A stretch of 45,115 bases of DNA from a virus: IMG/VR virus record IMGVR_UViG_3300045988_060953, positions 1-45,115 of that record. One strand, given 5' to 3'. The notes under the pieces were generated by a model. That model had not been told where the DNA came from and did no database searches. It saw only the letters and a list, made by a program, of their open reading frames with translations. Position numbers and translations under genes: made by a program. This document shows, piece after piece, positions 1 through 6,900 of the stretch. Within the stretch, counting starts at the first letter, position 1. Every line of letters begins with the position of its first letter.

Positions 1-141
1 ACACGTCTTTGAGGACGAACCACGGTTCGCCGTTCAGCTCTACGGTGCGAACTTCGCTGGACTTGTAGTGGAAAACTAAAATGTCGTTCATGTTGTCTCC
101 TTTCATGTGTCTAATTTAGACACAAGTTCTTCAAAAAAAAT
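1..141. repeat. Terminal direct repeat, left copy (circular-closure overlap)
   Basis: Bases 1-141 (acacgtctttgagg...caagttcttcaaaaaaaat) are identical to 44975-45115. The repeat cuts through the antirepressor CDS, whose 5' end is duplicated at 1..91 on the minus strand. The molecule is therefore circular or circularly permuted, with 44,974 unique bp. Confidence 0.95.
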
Positions 142-330
142 TCTATTGACCGTTTCCGGATCAAGAGAGTACCGGTCAATGATGCGCGCAATTTCACCTT
201 GCCGAAATTCCGTCCCGCGCTCATTGATTTTGTTCGACACGCTGTTCTCGGTAATGCCGAGATATGCGGCCAAACTGGCGTTGGTGTCGCCATGCAGCAC
301 CATCAGACTGCGCAGAAGCTTGCTGTTCAT
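103..330 (-). CDS. Cro-like small XRE/HTH regulator, first gene of the lytic (early) transcript
   Basis: 75 aa. HTH segment LAAYLGITENSVSNKINERGTEFRQGEIARI. RBS GGGAGGTGA. Lies directly downstream of a consensus-like promoter (378-406) and divergent from the CI-like gene. Its stop overlaps the upstream ATG of the antirepressor (ATGA). Confidence 0.75.
   Translation of the reverse strand: MNSKLLRSLMVLHGDTNASLAAYLGITENSVSNKINERGTEFRQGEIARIIDRYSLDPETVNRIFFEELVSKLDT
107..123. promoter_or_regulatory. Operator-like perfect palindrome GTGTCTAA-T-TTAGACAC at the Cro-like/antirepressor junction
   Basis: 17-bp perfect inverted repeat. One mismatch from the operator at 357-373. Sits 16 to 32 nt upstream of the antirepressor ATG (equivalent to 45081-45097 in the right terminal copy). 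Confidence 0.7.
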
Positions 331-356
331 AAACGTTTTGTCACCTCCCTTTTGTC

Positions 357-373
357 GTGTCTAATTTCGACAC
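357..373. promoter_or_regulatory. Operator GTGTCTAATTTCGACAC overlapping the start region of the lytic promoter
   Basis: 17-bp near-palindrome (one mismatch) placed immediately downstream of the -10 box of the minus-strand promoter. Same sequence family as 107-123. Confidence 0.7.
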
Positions 374-377
374 TTTT

Positions 378-406
378 ACTATAGCACAGCTTTTTGTGGG
401 AGTCAA
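378..406 (-). promoter_or_regulatory. Lytic (early) sigma70-type promoter
   Basis: Minus strand reads TTGACT (406..401), 17-nt spacer, TATAGT (383..378). It drives the Cro-like gene. Confidence 0.75.
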
Positions 407-436
407 CACTTATTTTTCCGTTTTCTGAAAAAATAA

Positions 437-465
437 TTGATTTCCAGGACACTTTATTGTATTAT
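437..465 (+). promoter_or_regulatory. Lysogenic sigma70-type promoter for the CI-like gene
   Basis: TTGATT (437-442), 17-nt spacer ending in TG, TATTAT (460-465). Back-to-back with the lytic promoter. Confidence 0.65.
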
Positions 466-492
466 AAAGACACAGGAAGGTGGTGATTCCGG

Positions 493-861
493 TTGGACGT
501 TGGAGAAATCATAAGGACTGCCCGTATAAAAAAAGGGCTGACGCAAGAAGAGCTTGGCAATATCGTCGGAGTGCAAAAGTCGGCGATTGCAAAATATGAA
601 AGCGGTCGCGTCGTGAACATAAAAAGGAGTATACTGGTAAAACTTGCGCAAGCTCTTGGGCTGAATGGATCTGACCTAATCGGTGCAAGCGCAGAAATTC
701 ACGAGTACATAAAAAAAGACCCGAAAGCAGCTGCTGCCAAAGCGGCGGAACTACTTTCGGATCAGGATTTTATAGACTTATACACCCTGTACAAATCACT
801 CCCGCAAGAAAAAAAGAATCAAATCCGCGATTTCATCCTTTTTATTGCAAATCAGCCTTGA
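493..861 (+). CDS. CI-like XRE-family repressor
   Basis: 122 aa with a TTG start and RBS GGAAGGTGGTGA. N-terminal HTH IRTARIKKGLTQEELGNIVGVQKSAIAKYESGR. The C-terminal helix LPQEKKNQIRDFILFI resembles repressor tail helices. Confidence 0.8.
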   Translation: MDVGEIIRTARIKKGLTQEELGNIVGVQKSAIAKYESGRVVNIKRSILVKLAQALGLNGSDLIGASAEIHEYIKKDPKAAAAKAAELLSDQDFIDLYTLYKSLPQEKKNQIRDFILFIANQP

Positions 862-1075
862 AAAAGTACTGAATAAAGTGGAGAATGAATTCTTTTTGCT
901 CCTTCGTCAGTGACTTGATAAGAACAAGTAATTTCCTATCAATCTTACTCATATATACTCCTTTCTGCTGCCCTGCTGATGCTTCGAGGACTTGCAGGTA
1001 AGCAATAAACTCTTTGAGTTGTTCTCTCGTCAGCTTTCGCATGAGTTCTTCAATTTCTTTTCGCGGTTCGTTCAT
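842..1075 (-). CDS. Small helical protein with two copies of the repressor-tail motif (no HTH)
   Basis: 77 aa. RBS GGAAGTGAGGT 4 nt before the ATG. There is an internal second RBS AAAGGAG before M42. Contains LTREQLKEFIAYLQ and LTKEQKEFILHFIQ, both resembling the C-terminal LPQEKKNQIRDFILFI of the CI-like protein. Convergent with the CI-like gene and overlaps it by 20 nt. Confidence 0.5.
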   Translation of the reverse strand: MNEPRKEIEELMRKLTREQLKEFIAYLQVLEASAGQQKGVYMSKIDRKLLVLIKSLTKEQKEFILHFIQYFFKADLQ

Positions 1076-1101
1076 GATTACCTCACTTCCTTATATAATG
1101 G

Positions 1102-1674
1102 GTGATTACAATGGTTGCTTTTGCTTGGGTTGTTATTATTGCCGGGCTTATCGTGGGCTTTGGAAATCGCGCAGATGAGAAGCGCGAGAACCCATCCGCC
1201 AAAGGCATGACGCGCGTACAAAAATGGTCGTTCGGTGCCGTTGCAGTAGCGGCGGTTTATGCCCTCATGATAGCACCGAGTTTGGATACGGGCACATCCG
1301 CGCCTGCAACGTCCGTGGAAGATCGTTCTGACCCCTGCACATACAAAGTCACGGCTGACTTTGAGGAGGAGTGGAACAACTCCGTGGGCCATGACTGGAA
1401 GTTTTACGCCACGGTAAACGGGGAGACAATCACCAACAGTGGCGTGGAAATCACCTGTGACGTGGGAGACCGCGTGGATTTGTACGCCCAGTGCGTTGAG
1501 CGGGACACATACCCCGATATAGGAGAGGATAACTCCTATATCATTATTGAAGAAGATGATTTATGGAATCCTTTTACTGTGTATAGTGATGTTACGGTCA
1601 CGGAAGATCGCGGGCGGTACGCCGGGAACACAGCCGGGATTGCCGTGACGTTTACGTTTGAACCTGTAGAATGA
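1102..1674 (+). CDS. Membrane protein of the lysogeny module (two N-terminal TM helices plus an extracytoplasmic domain); candidate superinfection-exclusion moron
   Basis: 190 aa. GTG start, with an alternative ATG at 1111. TM segments VAFAWVVIIAGLIVGF and WSFGAVAVAAVYALMIAP, then an acidic beta-rich domain. Function is inferred from position only. Confidence 0.55.
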   Translation: MITMVAFAWVVIIAGLIVGFGNRADEKRENPSAKGMTRVQKWSFGAVAVAAVYALMIAPSLDTGTSAPATSVEDRSDPCTYKVTADFEEEWNNSVGHDWKFYATVNGETITNSGVEITCDVGDRVDLYAQCVERDTYPDIGEDNSYIIIEEDDLWNPFTVYSDVTVTEDRGRYAGNTAGIAVTFTFEPVE

Positions 1675-1742
1675 AACCATGTACTTGTTGTCCACACAAT
1701 AGCATAAACTCGCGGCTTTTACCACGTCTAAAATTGCGTAAA

Positions 1743-1785
1743 AAAAGAGCGTTTCCCGGCATTCGACAGCTGAGAAACGCTCTTT
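1743..1785. terminator. Bidirectional rho-independent-type hairpin
   Basis: AAAAGAGCGTTTC (1743-1755) pairs with GAAACGCTCTTTT (1773-1785). A-tract upstream and T-tract (ggtattttt) downstream. Confidence 0.6.
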
Positions 1786-1814
1786 TGGTATTTTTGCACA
1801 AAGGAGGATGACAT

Positions 1815-2393
1815 ATGTTGTACGATGCAAAGAGGATTGCAGCACTCATGGCACAGGCAAGGGAAAGGTCGGGCATTGCGCAAGAGACGCTTGCCGCGCT
1901 GCTGCACGTCAGCCCGCGCACGGTGCAGAGATGGGAGCACGGGGAGAAGCCGCCCACACTGGAAGATTTTATAAACTGGTACAGAGCGTTAAGTTTGAAC
2001 TGGTTTCCAGACGTTCTCCGCCTGGCCCACCCGGAGTTGTACACCGACTTTGACGGCAGCCACGCGGATGTGGAGCAGAGGCGGAACGGGCTGTTTAAAT
2101 ACCTGGCTGATTGCCCGCCGGGGGAGGTTGACAAGCTGGCATTCCTGATCTTCGGCGCGCATGGAAGCGAATGGCCGTCCATGCTGGACGAATACGTTGC
2201 AAACGCCCATTGTAGCATGGCCAGCCGGACAGCCGTGTGCAGGCTGATAATTGACAACTACGAGCTAGAGTCCATCACCGGCGACTTGGTGGAGCCGGAG
2301 AAAGCAAAACCGAACCTGCAAAACCTGCACAGCGCCCACGATGCAGGCAGGCAAGCCGCCCAGATGAAAAAGAACGAGTACACCATGAAATGA
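1815..2393 (+). CDS. Second XRE-family HTH protein with an unknown C-terminal domain, immediately upstream of int
   Basis: 192 aa. RBS AAAGGAGG. HTH GIAQETLAALLHVSPRTVQRWEHGEKPP. About 130 aa of C-terminal sequence with no motif I recognise. Confidence 0.65.
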   Translation: MLYDAKRIAALMAQARERSGIAQETLAALLHVSPRTVQRWEHGEKPPTLEDFINWYRALSLNWFPDVLRLAHPELYTDFDGSHADVEQRRNGLFKYLADCPPGEVDKLAFLIFGAHGSEWPSMLDEYVANAHCSMASRTAVCRLIIDNYELESITGDLVEPEKAKPNLQNLHSAHDAGRQAAQMKKNEYTMK

Positions 2394-2403
2394 GGTGCAA
2401 GCC

Positions 2404-3558
2404 ATGACGTGTGTGAGATGTGCAAGAGACATCCCAGAAGGGGCGCTGTTTTGCCCGTGGTGTGGCAAACGGCAGACGGCGGCCACCCGGCCAAAGGCAA
2501 GAAGGGCAAAGGGCAACGGCTCCATTGCGCGTCTGCAAGGGCGCAGCTCGCCCTACAAGGCTGTTTACAAGGGGGCCTATATCGGTTGCTATAAAACCAA
2601 ACAAGACGCGGAGAGGGCTATTCTCGCGGCCTCAGAGCAAGAACCTGATTTGGAGTACCGAAACTACACCATGCAGCAGGTGTATGACGCGGTGATCTCT
2701 GACCGTGCTTTCCGGCAGAACACAGAGAAGTACCGGATTGACGTGGCATCCACCTGGAACTACATGACAGAGCTGCACCACGTCAAGGCAATCAACGTGC
2801 GAAAAGAAACGTTGGAGGGCATCCTGTACCGGGCAGAGGATGAAGGGAAATCGAAGTCCCACCAGCACAAGCTCCGCTCGCTCATGCACAAGCTCTGTAT
2901 GTTTTGCGTCCAGCACGGCATCCATCAGACGGATTACTCCGAGGGCCTGAAACTCACCGCCGACGTGAAGAGCCAGCGTGTGCCGTTTGCTGATGAAGAT
3001 TTGCGGTTGCTCTACCAGCACCGATATGAGCGGGTGCCCGGCATTATCTGGTTCTTGTGCATGAGTGGTTGCCGCCTTGTAGACCTTGCGAAGATCTCAC
3101 GTAATGGCTGCATTGACTTTGAGCGCCACGGCATCCGTCTGGAAGGCTCCAAAACCGCCGCCGGGAAGAACCGGTACATTCTTCTCGACCCCATCACATG
3201 GGACGTGTTTATGCACTTCTGCAACGACACAAAGCCCGGCCAGCGCATTTTCCGCAGCCCAAATGGCAGCGCCTGGAACATCCGCAATTTCCGGATACGA
3301 GAATTCTACACGGGCCTGGAAGAAATAGGTGTGCAGAATCCGCACCGCTATGTCCCTTACTCATGCCGTCACACCTTCGCCAGTCTCGCGGCCAAAGCGA
3401 ACGTGGACAAGGAAGCGCTGCAACGCGCCATCGGCCACCAGATCGGCAGTTCTGTCACGGACGATTATTATATTTCGCAAGACGCACACATCGCCGTCGC
3501 ACAAGAAGAGTTTGAAAAAATGGCAAACGAGATTAAATGTATTATTGATGCAACGTAA
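2404..3558 (+). CDS. int: Tyrosine integrase with an N-terminal zinc-ribbon
   Basis: RBS GAGGTG then ATG at 2404 (the track's GTG at 2395 is less likely). N-terminus CVRCARDIPEGALFCPWCGKR is CxxC...CxxC. Catalytic signature: CMSGCRLVDL (Arg), HRYVPYSCRHTFAS (HxxR), IGHQIGSSVTDDYY (His...Tyr). Confidence 0.9.
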   Translation: MTCVRCARDIPEGALFCPWCGKRQTAATRPKARRAKGNGSIARLQGRSSPYKAVYKGAYIGCYKTKQDAERAILAASEQEPDLEYRNYTMQQVYDAVISDRAFRQNTEKYRIDVASTWNYMTELHHVKAINVRKETLEGILYRAEDEGKSKSHQHKLRSLMHKLCMFCVQHGIHQTDYSEGLKLTADVKSQRVPFADEDLRLLYQHRYERVPGIIWFLCMSGCRLVDLAKISRNGCIDFERHGIRLEGSKTAAGKNRYILLDPITWDVFMHFCNDTKPGQRIFRSPNGSAWNIRNFRIREFYTGLEEIGVQNPHRYVPYSCRHTFASLAAKANVDKEALQRAIGHQIGSSVTDDYYISQDAHIAVAQEEFEKMANEIKCIIDAT

Positions 3559-3631
3559 TTTGTTACACTATCCGTTACACTATGCGCCAAATTCTGCGGA
3601 ATTGGAACACATTTGTTTTTGAACAAAAAAC

Positions 3632-3670
3632 AAAAGGCACCATGCAAACAACGTTGCACGGTGCCTTTTT
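3632..3670 (+). terminator. Rho-independent terminator after int
   Basis: GGCACCATGCAA / TTGCACGGTGCC stem (one mismatch) followed by TTTTT. It abuts the tRNA fragment. Confidence 0.7.
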
Positions 3671-3719
3671 GGTGCGCTGGAAGGGACTCGAACCCCCGAC
3701 CTTCTGATTCGTAGTCAGA
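3670..3719 (-). mobile_element. attP core: 3' portion of a tRNA-Arg(ACG) gene
   Basis: Minus strand reads TCTGA-CTACGAA-TCAGA (anticodon stem-loop, anticodon ACG), AGGTC, GGGGG-TTCGAGT-CCCTT (T arm), CCAGCGC-A-CCA. No matching 5' half (GCGCTGG...) is present. Lies next to int. Confidence 0.8.
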
Positions 3720-3772
3720 ATTTTTTGGTGATTTTCAACGAAAATGCGTTGAACTGTTACTCTATTGTTGCA

Positions 3773-3898
3773 TTATAAGTGCTTTACACGGTCTCGTTCT
3801 TCGGCCTTCTTTGCGTCGTTCCACTTGTCCATTGTGCCCACCAGATAGCCGGTGATCCGGCGGATACGCTCAAAGGCAATGTTGTTACCAATGTCCAT
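3773..3898 (-). CDS. 41-aa stand-alone NrdD-type glycyl-radical C-terminal motif protein
   Basis: Below the ORF-track length cutoff. Strong RBS AAAGGAG 6 nt before the ATG. Translation: MDIGNNIAFERIRRITGYLVGTMDKWNDAKKAEERDRVKHL. It matches the class III ribonucleotide reductase C-terminus pattern RR(V/I)(C/T)GYL...(F/W)N.(G/A)K..E...RVKHL, as in E. coli NrdD ...RRVCGYLGSPDARPFNAGKQEEVKRRVKHL. Confidence 0.75.
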   Translation of the reverse strand: MDIGNNIAFERIRRITGYLVGTMDKWNDAKKAEERDRVKHL

Positions 3899-3912
3899 GT
3901 GCTGCTCCTTTC

Positions 3913-6900
3913 TTACCGAGAAGATTTCCAGTTGGACGAACTCGCCGCCCAGAATGCGTCTTTCATGGCATCGCTCATGTCGCTGTCATTCAGCCATGCA
4001 CGGGCCTCGCTCTGGTTAATGCCCGTCTTGCCGTCCGTGTTCGCGTACTTCCGGTAGGCAATCCAGTTCATCAGCCCATCAATGCCATACTGATTGTAGA
4101 TGTCAACGCGCTTCCGCTCTTCGGTGCCAACGGAGAAGTCGGGCACGATGTCCAGAGCTGCAATTTTGCCTGCGGTGCCGTACAGCTCCGGGATAAGCTC
4201 CACTTGCTGCTCTTCGGTGTAGCGAGAATCCAACACGGCTTCTGCCATGTCCTTGCGCAGTTGGCCTTGCTGTGTTGCAAAGTCGGTGTACTCTTGCGGA
4301 GAAAGCTGGTAGGTGTGCTTTTCCTTGTCAACTGTCCAAGACAGCTTCTTTTCGGCAAGCTCCGGAATAACTTCGTCGTTGCCGGTGCTGTTCGCCAGAT
4401 CGAGCAAGCCAAGCTGCACCGGATCGTCCGTGGTTTCGGAATAGTAGCCGGGGGAGAACATGTTGTAGGCAAGACGGCCAACAAAGTTCCCGCCGGGGTT
4501 TTCTTCCGTGTCGCCGAATGCATCAATATACGGTTGGCTGGTTTGCGACAAAAACGGAATTTTGTTCCGCATTTTGTTGGCCGTATAACCCAAGTCTGAT
4601 TCAATGCCGGTCGTGCCGCTATAGGTGCTGCGCCGAATGGGGTCAATGGTTCGGGCAACCTGTCCCAGAGACGTTGGCACATACTGCGTTGCATACCCGG
4701 TAATCGCTTCACGTGTCAATCCAGGAATGAAACCATCTCGGGAATACCGCAGGTTTTCAAACGAGTTGTTCATGCCCTGCAGGAATGTGTTTGTAATAAG
4801 CGGCTCAAGCATGTGCGTTGTCGCATCGTAAATGTCGTTGAGCGATACATCGTCATCCGTCGTCAGGTTTGCAAATTCTGCACCGGCAAGCATTGGGATA
4901 GCCACAGAGTTGGCCCAACTAATGGTGTAACTATGCAGTTTCCCGTTCTCATCCGCTAGTTGGAGGCTGTACTCCTGTCGGCCTTCCATGTCCGCCTTTA
5001 CCTTGTCGTCGTCATCAATTCCGCCGGTGAGCAGTCCCTTGCGTGCCAATATTGCGCCAAGCACGAACAAGCTGGTACCTGTTACAGATGCTGCTGCGTG
5101 GTCAAGCATTACATTGAAATTACCGCTTCCCGTTGCCACCTTTGCGCCTTCTATCGCGGTAGAAGCAAATCCAAGCGGGCTGTACTGCATCGCTTGTTTG
5201 GCAACGTTGATGGGAGTTTTCACGAACGGGAGTTCGCCTTCGGCCAACGCATAAAAGAATTTATGGTGCCAACCGTCCGCTTCGGCAAGGCTGCGCTTTC
5301 CTTTCGCAATGATCGTCGCTGTTTCAGAATCAGCATGGAATGTGTTGATAAACGCCTGTGTCAAAGCATGAGCACGCGCCTTATCAAGGATCTGCATACT
5401 TGCTTCGTCTGTTGCGCTGAAAATGCTTTGGTCTAGGCCGTTTGCCTTGAGGTACTGAGCCAGAGATCGTGCGTAATTGTTTTTCAGACCGGCAACGCCA
5501 AGAACGCCCGCTTGGGTAGACTTGTCGCATTGAGACGTAACCCAGTCTATCGCACTATCCATTTGCTTGTTGATCCCACGCAGGCCATCCAGCATCCCAA
5601 AGAAACCTTTGTAGTCACCACTTTCCAACGACTTCGAGGAAGCTTCGGCCCGTCCGTCTAAATACGCAAACAAGCCCCGAACGATCGTTCCGCTGTCATC
5701 TGTAAGGTGACTTTGCCAGAGGTTCCCCTTTTGCTGCATGGATTGCGCAAAATCAATTTTGTCGCTTCCCGTTGCAAGCTGGCGATAGTTCGCATCTGCG
5801 TCCGCAGCGCAAGCCGAAAGCAACGCACGGCCTTTCGGAGTAAACGCACTAACAATAGATGTCGTGCGTTCAAACCCGGACTTGTCACGCCAATTGTGCT
5901 TCTTTGCAAATGGCAGGTCAAGAACCTTGTTCACAAGGACTTCTTCTCCGGCAAGTACAATGTCTTTCATGCGGGCATTTGCGCCTTGTGTAATGTTGCC
6001 TCCGGCGTTTACAAGGTTTGTGCGAGCGTTGAGAAGCATAGACGTGAACCGCAAAGAATTGATTGTATCCCACCAAGAAGAGGTTACGTTCTTTGCCGCA
6101 ATTGTCGCCGCCTTGTTTTCCAGATCCACCCGCTCCCGGCTGTTTGCGGGCAACGCTTCCGCCTGCTCCGTTAAGTCAAGGATCTGCTGGCACTGCTCCG
6201 CAGTCAAGGGCTGTACGCCAAACTTCGACGCGGCATAGGCTTTCACATCTTCGTTGTCGTAAATGCCCATGCGCAAAAGCCCCAAAAATTGGTCGTGCGT
6301 GGACTTGCTCGTTTTGCCTTTCCCGCCCCGGATGGCTTTCAGGTTTGCGTCCGCCGCTTCTGACAATGCTTTGGAATACTCGTTCATGGCCATTTCGGCA
6401 ATACGTTGTGCTTGCGTGTCGTCCATGTCGAAGGTATCCTGAATGCGCTCCTGAATTTCTCGAAGAGTGGACTGTTTGTCCCTACGCCCTTTTTTGACTA
6501 GGGTCTTGAAGTCAATCCCTTGATCTTTGGTGTACTTGGACACAAGTTGCTTTATTGTATCTTTCCCGTACAAGCCGGATTCTCCGGCATCATTAAAGAA
6601 AGCTTGCAGGCGGCTGCTCATGTCGGCATTGTCTTTATACCTTTCGACAAGTGCTTCCTTTGCCGCTTCCCATGCCTGCGTGTATGTCTCCTGATTGTCC
6701 AATGCGGTTTGCAACTTCTGTTCGACCGTCAGCTTCGGCTTTTTAGGCCGTGCGCCTTTCTCGGTGTCGCTTGTCGCCATTTTGGTCAGCTGGGAAAGCA
6801 TCTCGCTTTGCACAACGTCCTCAACGCTGGCTTCTTTCCCGTCCGTTGCGTACCGATTTACGGCAGCTGCCAGCTTGCGCCCCAACACGTCCTCAACCGA

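Noticed and set aside
3779-4057. A 92-aa plus-strand ORF next to attP.
   Set aside because: It is antisense to the RBS-preceded NrdD-type minigene and to the 3' end of the giant gene. It has no RBS.
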